Shown piece after piece: positions 34,406-43,232 of a DNA stretch of 64,000 bases. The position numbers and the translations under genes are program-made. Numbering within the stretch: position 1 is the first letter of the stretch; the number at the start of each line of letters is the position of its first letter. A model generated the notes under the pieces. That model searched no databases and had not been told where the DNA came from. It saw only the letters and a program-made list of their open reading frames with translations. Source of the DNA: Candidatus Omnitrophota bacterium (GTDB lineage: Bacteria > Omnitrophota > Gorgyraeia > Gygaellales > Gygaellaceae); contig JAGYNB010000003.1 in assembly GCA_018400015.1 (NCBI GenBank), forward strand, positions 5,022 through 69,021, written 5' to 3'.

Positions 34406-34587
34406 TGCAATAAAACATTTATAATTTTTGAAAAAATAATCCCTATACTTCCGACAAAAAGTGCGGTCAATGCAGTTGAGATAATTACGATGATCGTAGA
34501 ATTATACAACTCTTGACGCGTAGGCCATGATACTTTTGATATTTCTACCTTTACTTCCTGAAAAAATTTAATGATTTTATTCATCAT
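34402..34587 (-). CDS. secE: preprotein translocase SecE
   Basis: EISKVSWPT followed by one TM helix; upstream of nusG. Confidence 0.94.
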   Translation of the reverse strand: MMNKIIKFFQEVKVEISKVSWPTRQELYNSTIIVIISTALTALFVGSIGIIFSKIINVLLQ

Positions 34588-34596
34588 TTCTTTCTT

Positions 34597-34667
34597 CAGG
34601 AGCGGCAGGAATCGAACCTGCAGTAACGGTTTTGGAGACCGTTGGTTTGCCTTTAACCGACGCTCCT
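34597..34667 (-). tRNA. tRNA-Trp (anticodon CCA); 3' CCA end not encoded
   Basis: AGGAGCG/CGCTCCT acceptor stem, ACGGT-CT-CCA-AA-ACCGT anticodon arm, GGTTCGATTCC T arm. Confidence 0.95.
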
Positions 34668-34740
34668 AATTTTATTATTTAAATTAACATAAATCCCCAG
34701 CAGGCATTTTCTAAAAAATGACTTTGTTGAATACTAGATT

Positions 34741-34890
34741 TTATTTTATTTCTTTATGCGCAGTATGACTACGACAGAATTTACAAAACTTCTTTATTTC
34801 TAATTTTTCAGTATGAAGCTTTTTATTCTTCGTTGTTGTGTAATTACGATTCTTACAACCGGTACACTGTAAAGTAATTATTTCTCTCAT
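34741..34890 (-). CDS. rpmG: 50S ribosomal protein bL33 (Zn-binding)
   Basis: Below the ORF-track cutoff; reads [49 protein letters not shown]. Confidence 0.97.
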   Translation of the reverse strand: MREIITLQCTGCKNRNYTTTKNKKLHTEKLEIKKFCKFCRSHTAHKEIK

Positions 34891-34903
34891 TTTTCTCGCT
34901 TTT

Positions 34904-34976
34904 AGCCCCCGATCGGGATTGAACCGATGACCCCGTCCTTACCAAGGACGTGCTCTACCAACTGAGCTACGAGGGC
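34904..34976 (-). tRNA. tRNA-Thr (anticodon GGT); 3' CCA end not encoded
   Basis: GCCCTCG TAGCTCAGTTGGTAGAGC..., CGTCC-TT-GGT-AA-GGACG anticodon arm, GGTTCAATCCC T arm. Confidence 0.95.
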
Positions 34977-34994
34977 AAAGTTGTAGAAGTTGTA

Positions 34995-35023
34995 ATAATA
35001 CAACAACTTACTTTCCATGTCAA
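34995..35023 (-). promoter_or_regulatory. sigma70 promoter upstream of tRNA-Thr and the translation superoperon
   Basis: TTGACA-17 nt-TATTAT with an AT-rich UP-like tract upstream. Confidence 0.8.
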
Positions 35024-35260
35024 GTATTTTTTTTATTAAATTTTTTCCTATTTTTACTTAAAAAGCTACGACTATATCCTTTTGCATCATAATAGACAAA
35101 TTAGCTTTATCATAAAGCATTGCTACTCAATTCGTAACAATACATGATCATTACATATACTAAGATCTGACTAATACACTATTTCGCTTCAGGATCTTTT
35201 AATTCTTTTTTATTTACTTAACAGCTTGATTTTGCTAATATTAAACAAAAGGAGATGGTG

Positions 35261-35938
35261 ATGAACAAGAAAAGCTTTACGATGATAGAATTATTAATCA
35301 GTATTATTATAATAACAATAATTGCCTCTATATCGGTTTTTACCTATAATAAGGCTATTGATTATAACAAACAAAAAATCTGCATCCAAAACCAGCTTCT
35401 AATAAATACTCTTTTGGAATTATATACAAGAGAAGAAAATCCAGAAACAATTACGCTAAGCGCAATACCCGATATATATTTCGAAAAAGCTCTAGCTAAA
35501 ATAATTGATATCGACCCTTTATTTCTGCGCAAAAGAATAGTTTATAAAAAGATCAATTCTTTTAATAATAAAAAACTCTGTTATGCTTCAGAATTAACTG
35601 AATTAATAGGCAGGAAAGACTTTTTGATTTGTCCAGAAGATAAAACACCTACAAATAACAATGGTTCTTCTTATGCGATAGTCTCCTCTTTAAGCAACTG
35701 GAAAACCGCTTTCCCGTCAGCGAATTCAGCCTACGATGCTTATATTCTCTGCCGGACAAACGACATCCCCTTAATCGTTGATGCAGAAAGCCAAACATTT
35801 AATTATACAGGCAGCCTTTCCCCTACTGAGCCAAGGCACGGCGGGTTTATTCAGGAAAAATATTCTATAACTACGACCGGTAAAGGCGATGTTTTTAAAT
35901 GTAACAGCGCAGGAACAAAAGTATTACAGCTTAAATAA
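35261..35938 (+). CDS. prepilin-type N-terminal cleavage/methylation protein (pilin or pseudopilin-like)
   Basis: MNKKS|FTMIELL plus hydrophobic helix with E at +5; AGGAG 6 nt before ATG 35261. Confidence 0.8.
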   Translation: MNKKSFTMIELLISIIIITIIASISVFTYNKAIDYNKQKICIQNQLLINTLLELYTREENPETITLSAIPDIYFEKALAKIIDIDPLFLRKRIVYKKINSFNNKKLCYASELTELIGRKDFLICPEDKTPTNNNGSSYAIVSSLSNWKTAFPSANSAYDAYILCRTNDIPLIVDAESQTFNYTGSLSPTEPRHGGFIQEKYSITTTGKGDVFKCNSAGTKVLQLK

Positions 35939-35972
35939 TATTTAATTATTCAAGAAATATACAAACCAAAAT

Positions 35973-36761
35973 TTAATTATTGTTTAGAAAATTTGACAAC
36001 CTGGCAAAATCGTGCAAACTTAATGACTCTGCTCTGATTTTTTCAGAAAGCTTGAGAGAATCTAATGCAGATAGTATTTTTGGCTTATCGAATAAACCCA
36101 TAAGAGAATTAACAAGGGTTTTTCTTCTCTTATTAAAACCTGCCCTAATGATTTTAAAAAACTGCTTCTCATCGTTTACTAAAAACTCTTGTTTACTTCT
36201 TATATCAAACCTTACAATAGCTGAATCTACCTTTGGTTTTGGCAGAAAACACCCCTTACTTACCTTAAATAATACATTGGGAACAGTATAATAATTCACA
36301 AAGCAGGTAAATGCACTGTAATCCTTTATCCCGGGATGCGCAATGATACGCCGGGCAAATTCTTTTTGAACCATTAAAGTAAAACCACTTAATGAATCTT
36401 TATTGTTTATCAAATAGGCAATGATCAAACTAGTAATATTGTAAGGAATATTACCAACCGCATAAGCATTTTTAAACAAACTTAAATCATATTTTAAAAT
36501 ATCCTGGTTTACAAGCTCTACATTGTTATAACTTTTTAATTTATCAGCTAAGATTCTGCACATATTGTTATCAATTTCAACACAGACAAGCTTTTTGGCG
36601 ATTTTTGCCAGTTCTGTCGTTAACGCGCCTTGTCCTGGGCCGATTTCAATAACCGTATCTTTTATTTCTTTAGATACGCTTCCTATGATTTTATAGATAA
36701 TATTTTTATCGACCAGCAGATGCTGACCAAAACTTTTTCTCAGGCGAGTTTCTTCAAACAT
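35973..36761 (-). CDS. rsmA: 16S rRNA adenine dimethyltransferase
   Basis: GQHLL, EIGPGQG, GNIPYNIT, PKPKVDS. Confidence 0.96.
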   Translation of the reverse strand: MFEETRLRKSFGQHLLVDKNIIYKIIGSVSKEIKDTVIEIGPGQGALTTELAKIAKKLVCVEIDNNMCRILADKLKSYNNVELVNQDILKYDLSLFKNAYAVGNIPYNITSLIIAYLINNKDSLSGFTLMVQKEFARRIIAHPGIKDYSAFTCFVNYYTVPNVLFKVSKGCFLPKPKVDSAIVRFDIRSKQEFLVNDEKQFFKIIRAGFNKRRKTLVNSLMGLFDKPKILSALDSLKLSEKIRAESLSLHDFARLSNFLNNN

Positions 36762-37687
36762 CGTTTTTTGTGGGCTTTAACAGCAAGAATAATTGCCTGT
36801 TTCATAGAAGTACAATCGGCAATAGATTTACCAGCGATTTCATAGGCGGTTCCATGGCCAGGCGAAGTCCTTACAAACGGCAGGCCGATAGTAAGATTGA
36901 CACAGTTAAAAAAATTATTCTGCTTTATGGGAATAAGACCTTGGTCGTGATACATAGCAACAAATGCATCAAAATCTTTTTTGTAAAAAAGCGAATCTGC
37001 AGGATACGGCCCAGAAATATTCTTTGATTTTAGTTTTCTAATTGCCGGAATTATTTTAGCAATTTCTTCTTTACCAAAAGAATTACCTTCTGCGGCATGC
37101 GGATTAAGCCCGGAAACAGCAACCTTGGGATTACTAATACCAAAGTAATCTTTAAGGCCTTTTAATGTGAGCTTAATCGTTTCGGAAATATTTTTTATAT
37201 CTAAAGTCTTCGAAACCTCTCTTAACGGGATATGTCTAGTTACGACAGAAACCCTTAAATTATCATTAACTAACATCATAAGGTAATTTTTAACATTAAA
37301 AAAACTTGCCAGATATTCAGTATGTCCATGAAAAGTTATTCCACAGCGGTTGATTGCTTCTTTATTAACCGGTGCGGTTACCAGACAATCTGCCTGTTTA
37401 GATTTAATTAATTCACAAGCTTTTTTTATATACATAAATGATGCTTCAGCTGATTGTTTATTGTATATACCAAACTGCGGGGGGCTCTTAAGAAGGTCTA
37501 TATCGATAATATTAATATTTTTGTCTAAATTTGCTCTATTAAGACAGGTCTTATCTGTTATTACTGTATAGCAGGCAAGTGAAGATATTTTTTTATCAGC
37601 CAGTGCCTTTACGACAACCTCTAAACCTATACCGGAAGGATCACCGGCAGTAATCACTATTTTAGGCTTAAGAAAACGTTTAATCAT
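36740..37687 (-). CDS. pdxA: 4-hydroxythreonine-4-phosphate dehydrogenase
   Basis: GDPSGIG, GHTEY, LNPHA, MYHDQG, HGTA. Confidence 0.93.
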   Translation of the reverse strand: MIKRFLKPKIVITAGDPSGIGLEVVVKALADKKISSLACYTVITDKTCLNRANLDKNINIIDIDLLKSPPQFGIYNKQSAEASFMYIKKACELIKSKQADCLVTAPVNKEAINRCGITFHGHTEYLASFFNVKNYLMMLVNDNLRVSVVTRHIPLREVSKTLDIKNISETIKLTLKGLKDYFGISNPKVAVSGLNPHAAEGNSFGKEEIAKIIPAIRKLKSKNISGPYPADSLFYKKDFDAFVAMYHDQGLIPIKQNNFFNCVNLTIGLPFVRTSPGHGTAYEIAGKSIADCTSMKQAIILAVKAHKKRCLKKLA

Positions 37688-38585
37688 TAATTACGATCTT
37701 TGCTTTTGACTTTAAATCTTTTATCCACTCAGATAATTCAATTTCCATTTTATCGCGCCAGATAATATCTCGTATCTGCGCCTGTGCTTCTTTAAGAGTA
37801 AAGCTTCTTGAAGGTTCGATTTTATCAATATAAAAAATATAGAATTCATCTTCCTGTTTTATTGGCTGAGAAAATTCTTTTTCATTTAGGGAGAAAATGG
37901 CTTTCTCCAGATCGTCCTTTAGCGTATCTTTACCTACAAAACCTAGATTAATTTCACTATTAAATTCTTTTTGCACATCTGTAAACGCAACCTTAGTATT
38001 TAATAATGCCATTGCCCTATTCACCTCTTGTTTAGAACCAAGCCGAAGCGCTAAAACTTCTCGCATTTCTTGCTTCATAAACTCCTGAGCATGTTTTGCG
38101 TAAAACTCGGTTACTTCTCTAGGGCTTATATATATCTTAGAGCGTACCTGCTGATTAATCATCTCCATTGTCAAAAGCTGCTGTTCTATGCGCTTATAAA
38201 GATCATCTCGGCTAAATCCGCTTTTTGATAGATGTTTTTCAAACTCAGCTTCATTTGGAAAACGGTTTCTTATTTCATCAATTCTCTGCTGTATATATTC
38301 AGGTTTTATCATCATACCCATCTTGCGGGCCAAGGAAATAATCAATTTATCTTCTATTAAATTATCAAGAGCCTGAGATTTAACCTCGTTTAACTTTTCT
38401 TCAAGCTCTTTACCTGAGAATCTATCTTCAAGCTGGAATTTATTCATTGATATATAAGCTGTCACGTCATAATCGGTAATCACCTCGTTGTTAACAAACG
38501 CAACTATTTTACTAGCAAATGCATTTGCAGCAATAAAACTTAAAAAAATAAATATAATAATAGTTTTAGTTTTTTCCATTTTCAC
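37680..38585 (-). CDS. surA: SurA-like periplasmic chaperone/PPIase
   Basis: Signal peptide (ANAFA), IVAFVNNEVIT SurA N-domain, degenerate parvulin domain; surA-pdxA-rsmA synteny. Confidence 0.8.
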   Translation of the reverse strand: MKMEKTKTIIIFIFLSFIAANAFASKIVAFVNNEVITDYDVTAYISMNKFQLEDRFSGKELEEKLNEVKSQALDNLIEDKLIISLARKMGMMIKPEYIQQRIDEIRNRFPNEAEFEKHLSKSGFSRDDLYKRIEQQLLTMEMINQQVRSKIYISPREVTEFYAKHAQEFMKQEMREVLALRLGSKQEVNRAMALLNTKVAFTDVQKEFNSEINLGFVGKDTLKDDLEKAIFSLNEKEFSQPIKQEDEFYIFYIDKIEPSRSFTLKEAQAQIRDIIWRDKMEIELSEWIKDLKSKAKIVIND

Positions 38586-40455
38586 TTAATATGCTTACTG
38601 TTTCTCTTAATAACCTGCAGTATAGATCAAAACCCACGGCGGTTATGAACCCGTGTTGCTGTTTCCCTAAAATATTGCCCGCACCCCTGATCTGAAGATC
38701 CTGCATGGCAATTTTAAATCCCGAGCCAAGTTTTGAATACTGAACTAAAGCGGAAAGTCTTTTATTGGCATCGGAAGTAATATTTAAATTTTTTCTTATA
38801 AGAAAATAGGCATAGGCTTGATTCTCATACCTTCCCACCCTGCCTCTAAGCTGATGCAAATCAGACAAACCAAACCGATCTGCATTATTTACAATTAAAG
38901 TATTGGCGTTTGGAACATCCATACCGGATTCGATAATATTCGAACATACCAATATTTTTATTTTATTATCAAGGAAATCTATAATTATACTCTCTAAGAC
39001 CTTCGAAGGCATTTGTCCATGGGCAGTCTCTATCCTGACATTTCTCCCAACGAGATCAGAGATTTTATTCTTTATTTTATCTATATCGTAAATCTGGTTA
39101 TGAACAAAATAAACCTGTCCGCCGCGTTTGATCTCACGGTCTAACGCATGTTTAATCAAAGATTCATCAAACTCATTAACAAAAGTCTTAACAGATAATC
39201 TTTTTTTAGGCGGTGTCTCTATTAAAGAAATGTCTTTTAACCCCACAAGCGACATATAAAATGTCCTGGGTATGGGAGTTGCCGTAAGAGTAAGAATGTC
39301 TACATTCATTCTTAGGTTTTTTAATTTATCTTTTGCCGCAACCCCAAAACGCTGTTCTTCATCTATTATCAATAAGCCCAGGTCCTTAAATTCAATATCT
39401 TTAGTCAATAACCGGTGAGTACCGATAATTAAATCAATTTTACCCTTTTTTAAATCGCGGACAATACGATTTTGCTCTTGTTTTGACTTAAACCTGCTGA
39501 GCATGGCAATATTAACCGGAAAATCCTTAATCCTTGATTTAAAGTTATGGAAGTGCTGCTCTGCGAGTATTGTCGTGGGAACAAGTATGGCGACCTGTTT
39601 ATTATCCATCATTGCCTTAAAGGCTGCCCGTAAGGCTACCTCTGTCTTTCCATAACCAACATCTCCGCATAAAAGCCTATCCATGGGCCTAGAAGACTCC
39701 ATATCCTGTTTAACCGCAAAGACCGCTTTTGCCTGATCAAGAGTTTCCTTATAAGGAAAACCCCCTTCAAACTGACTCTGCCAATCCGTATCCTTAGAAA
39801 ATCTTATACCGCTTGAATACTGCCTTTTTGCCTGTAGTTCCAAAATGGAAAGGGCATAGTTTCTGATTTTCTTTTTGGCATTTTCTTTAGTCTTTAACCA
39901 CTGTTTTGATCCGAGTTTATTGAGTTTTGGCCTTCTGTGTTCAAAACTGACATATTTCTGAACAAGATACATCTTATCCATGGGAACATAAAGTTTTTCA
40001 TTGTTCAAGTATTCAATGATCAAACATGGATCTTCTTTTTCTAAAGACCTTACTTTCTTTGTCCCTTTATACCTGCCGATACCGTGGTGAATATGCACCA
40101 CATAATCACCCAATTCCAGATCAAGGTAGCTTGCAAACGGCATATCCTCTTTAAAACTAAAATTGCGCACCGACCTTATGGACTTAGGCAATATTATTGC
40201 CATATCATGTTCCCATAATGATCTTCCGTTTCTTAAATTAAAACTTGTCATTTTTTCGAGTTTATCAAAATTAAAAACAATCCTTAATGGAAATTCAAAA
40301 TTACACGGAAAGATATCCACGATTTCGCCCCTTACGGCAAAATCGCCTTCTTCCAATATTGAATTTTGCCTGACATAATCAAAATCTACAAAAGTCTTAA
40401 TCAGTTCCTTTAGCAACAGATTCTGACCACTGTAAAGCTTTAAAGTCTTAAACAT
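38566..40455 (-). CDS. mfd: transcription-repair coupling factor, minimal 629-aa form
   Basis: FAVRGEIVDIFP, GDYVVHIHHGIGRY, GDVGYGKTE, DEEQRFG, QLRGRVGR, IRGAGNILG. Confidence 0.92.
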   Translation of the reverse strand: MFKTLKLYSGQNLLLKELIKTFVDFDYVRQNSILEEGDFAVRGEIVDIFPCNFEFPLRIVFNFDKLEKMTSFNLRNGRSLWEHDMAIILPKSIRSVRNFSFKEDMPFASYLDLELGDYVVHIHHGIGRYKGTKKVRSLEKEDPCLIIEYLNNEKLYVPMDKMYLVQKYVSFEHRRPKLNKLGSKQWLKTKENAKKKIRNYALSILELQAKRQYSSGIRFSKDTDWQSQFEGGFPYKETLDQAKAVFAVKQDMESSRPMDRLLCGDVGYGKTEVALRAAFKAMMDNKQVAILVPTTILAEQHFHNFKSRIKDFPVNIAMLSRFKSKQEQNRIVRDLKKGKIDLIIGTHRLLTKDIEFKDLGLLIIDEEQRFGVAAKDKLKNLRMNVDILTLTATPIPRTFYMSLVGLKDISLIETPPKKRLSVKTFVNEFDESLIKHALDREIKRGGQVYFVHNQIYDIDKIKNKISDLVGRNVRIETAHGQMPSKVLESIIIDFLDNKIKILVCSNIIESGMDVPNANTLIVNNADRFGLSDLHQLRGRVGRYENQAYAYFLIRKNLNITSDANKRLSALVQYSKLGSGFKIAMQDLQIRGAGNILGKQQHGFITAVGFDLYCRLLRETVSILSENGKN

Positions 40456-40456
40456 T

Positions 40457-42646
40457 TTAAATACGCTTCTGCCAAGAAATCACCAAAGGCGAAACGATAT
40501 AAATCGTAGAATAAATTCCTGAAATAAACCCTATCAAAAGACAAAAGGCAAACCCGTTTAGTATCTGTCCTCCCAAATACAACAGGCTTACCACCACAAG
40601 AAGAGTTAAAAATGTGGTTATTATGGTTCTGCTCAACGTCTGGTTTACAGCTTTGTTTACGATTTCTCTTACGCTGGATTTTGGGTGTGCCTTAGCAACT
40701 TCTCTTACGCGATCATAAATAACTATTGTATCATTAATGGAATAACCTGCGATAGTTAACAATGCCGTAACGATCAAAAGATCAATTTGCTGATTACTCA
40801 TCACCAAAATCCCCAAAGATATCAAACAATCATGTAATAAAGCAATGATTCCCGCAAGGCCAAAAGCAAAATGCTTGAATCTTAACCCAACATATAAAAG
40901 AATTCCGATCAAAGCAAAAATAAGGGCTAAAATAGCCTTCTTCTTTAATTGCTCCCCTATAACCGGGCCAACTTTTTCTATCCTTAGAACTTCTAACTTG
41001 TTACCAGTGAAATCCTCTTTGAATTTTGTTTGAATCATCGATGATGTATCTTCAGCTGTTCGCAATAACACATGCCTTGGTTCGTCTTTTATTTTCTGTA
41101 TTGAAGTGTCTCCTAAACCGATTTCAGATAACGAACTCCTTAAATCGGTTAAAGCAATTTCTTTCTCAAAAGCATATTCCTGCAACTGCCCACCGGCAAA
41201 ATCAACCCCATAAACACTATCGCCTTTTTTTAGATAAGAAAATACTCCCATGGCTATCAAAACCAATGAAACACAATAAAAAATCTTTCTCCTCTTGAAA
41301 AAGTCTATATTGGTTTTCCTGAAGAAATTAATCATAGCAATCCTTGTAACCTTGGAATTTAAAAGAACAAGCTCGAATATAGTGCGGGTTACGATTATTG
41401 CCGTAAACATACTCGCAACCAGACCGATTGTCAAAGTAACGGCAAATCCTTTTATCGGACCTGTACCAAAACTAAAAAGCAAGGCTGCGGCAATTAAGGT
41501 CGTAAGATTAGAATCAAATATAGCGCTAAAGGCCTTATCATAGCCATTGCTCACTGCTGCCCTAAGACTTCTCCCCAAAGACAGCTCTTCTCTGATTCTT
41601 TCGTTAATCAACACATTTGCATCAACAGCCATACCAATAGTTAAAACAATACCGGCAATACCAGGAAGAGTAAGCGTTGCTGCAAACTCAGGCATAACCA
41701 CATGTAAAAATCCTAACGTACCGAATATTATCAAAATATTTAGTAAAAGCGCTATATTAGCAATAATGCCGGGCAATAGATAATAAAAACTCATGAACGC
41801 AAAAACCAAAATAAAACCAACAACACAGGCGGTTATACCAGCCTTAATTGAATCCTGCCCCAAAAGCGGCCCGATAGTGCGTTCTTCTTCAATATATATA
41901 GGTGCCGGCAGCGATCCAACCCTTAATATGACCGATAAATCATTTGCCTCTTGAACAGAAAATCTTCCGGAGATCTGAGCGTTACCTGAAGGTATCTCTT
42001 CTTGTATTACAGGAGCGCTTTTTATATTGCCGTCTAAAACAATTGCCAAACGTCTACCAACATTTTCTCGCGTAAGAAGAGCAAACTCCTTTGCCCCAAC
42101 TGAATTAAAATTCAAACTTACATAAGGCATGCCGAACTGTTCATGTGAAAAGTCAACTCTTGCATCTTTCACCAATTCACCGGAAAGAGCAGTTTCTTTA
42201 TGTAATAGTATTGGTTTTTTATCCAAATATTTCAATTCATATTCATCACCGATGTTACCATTAAGAGCATTTCTCAAATTATTCGCATCATCTTCAACGA
42301 GTTTAAACTCCAAATAGCCTGTTTTTTTAATCAAATCGATTGCACGCTCTCTGTCCGTAAAACCGGGAAGCTGTAAAACAATCTGGCTATCCCCCTGAAG
42401 CTGAATAACCGTTTCCCGTACGCCAAATTCGTCGATCCGGTTTCTTACGACCTCTAACGCTCTTTCCAAAGCGCCTTGTTTTGCATCAGCATCAAGCTTA
42501 CTGGAATCAACTTTTAAAACCAGATGCATTCCACCTTTTAAATCAAGTCCAAGATTGACTCTCTTTTCAAAAGGAAAGGTGAACCAGGCGAAAAAACCAA
42601 CTGTTAATAATAAAAGACCTGTTCTGATTAGTAATTTTCTTTGCAT
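40457..42646 (-). CDS. secDF: fused protein translocase subunit SecDF
   Basis: LGLDLKGG, GMAVDANVLI, GVDFAGG, GYSINDTIVIYDRVRE. Confidence 0.96.
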   Translation of the reverse strand: MQRKLLIRTGLLLLTVGFFAWFTFPFEKRVNLGLDLKGGMHLVLKVDSSKLDADAKQGALERALEVVRNRIDEFGVRETVIQLQGDSQIVLQLPGFTDRERAIDLIKKTGYLEFKLVEDDANNLRNALNGNIGDEYELKYLDKKPILLHKETALSGELVKDARVDFSHEQFGMPYVSLNFNSVGAKEFALLTRENVGRRLAIVLDGNIKSAPVIQEEIPSGNAQISGRFSVQEANDLSVILRVGSLPAPIYIEEERTIGPLLGQDSIKAGITACVVGFILVFAFMSFYYLLPGIIANIALLLNILIIFGTLGFLHVVMPEFAATLTLPGIAGIVLTIGMAVDANVLINERIREELSLGRSLRAAVSNGYDKAFSAIFDSNLTTLIAAALLFSFGTGPIKGFAVTLTIGLVASMFTAIIVTRTIFELVLLNSKVTRIAMINFFRKTNIDFFKRRKIFYCVSLVLIAMGVFSYLKKGDSVYGVDFAGGQLQEYAFEKEIALTDLRSSLSEIGLGDTSIQKIKDEPRHVLLRTAEDTSSMIQTKFKEDFTGNKLEVLRIEKVGPVIGEQLKKKAILALIFALIGILLYVGLRFKHFAFGLAGIIALLHDCLISLGILVMSNQQIDLLIVTALLTIAGYSINDTIVIYDRVREVAKAHPKSSVREIVNKAVNQTLSRTIITTFLTLLVVVSLLYLGGQILNGFAFCLLIGFISGIYSTIYIVSPLVISWQKRI

Positions 42647-42658
42647 ACAATCCCCTTA

Positions 42659-42943
42659 TTAACTTGCCGCTTTTGTCACTCTGGCAATTGCCGTTTTATC
42701 GATTTCGACTTTTGTATTATCATCGACCCTTAGGATAAAAGTGCTTTCTTTCACGTTGACTATTGTCCCGTGGATACCACAAATCGTAACAACTTCCGAA
42801 TTCTTTTTTAAAGACATTATCATTTCTTTATGCTTTTTCTCCTGCTGCTTTTGCGGCCTGATAAGCAGAAAATAAAAGATTACAAAGATAATGACGATCG
42901 GGAATAACTGCACCAATGGATTTATCGCTGCTTGCTGAGTCAT
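42659..42943 (-). CDS. yajC: preprotein translocase subunit YajC
   Basis: FYFLLIRPQKQQ, GIHG. Confidence 0.95.
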   Translation of the reverse strand: MTQQAAINPLVQLFPIVIIFVIFYFLLIRPQKQQEKKHKEMIMSLKKNSEVVTICGIHGTIVNVKESTFILRVDDNTKVEIDKTAIARVTKAAS

Positions 42944-42961
42944 AAAAACTCCTTTCTAACC

Positions 42962-43207
42962 TTATGATTTTGTTTTCTTTACCAAAGACTTAACTGTATC
43001 TGAAGGCTTAGCACCTTTTTTAATCCAACTCGTATATTTAGTTTTGTCTATCTTAAAAACTATCTCTTTGCCAGTGGGGTTATACTGCCCAATCTCGTCG
43101 ATAAACTTACCTTTGCTGTCTACTGAATCATCACAGACAACCACTCTGTACTTATGTCTTTTCTTGGAACTTTTTCCTGGTCTTCTTAATCTGATTACTG
43201 TTGCCAT
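42962..43207 (-). CDS. rpsP: 30S ribosomal protein bS16
   Basis: IRLRR, YRVVV, GKFIDEIGQYNP, GAKPSDTV. Confidence 0.93.
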   Translation of the reverse strand: MATVIRLRRPGKSSKKRHKYRVVVCDDSVDSKGKFIDEIGQYNPTGKEIVFKIDKTKYTSWIKKGAKPSDTVKSLVKKTKS

Positions 43208-43232
43208 CTACATCCTCCTTATTGTTTTTTAT

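Noticed and set aside
35221-35245. Possible sigma54 promoter (TTGC) upstream of the pilin-like gene
   Set aside because: No GG dinucleotide at the -24 position.
38566-40455. mfd as a frameshifted pseudogene
   Set aside because: The ORF is continuous with intact motor motifs, and the flanking genes abut it with no leftover fragments.
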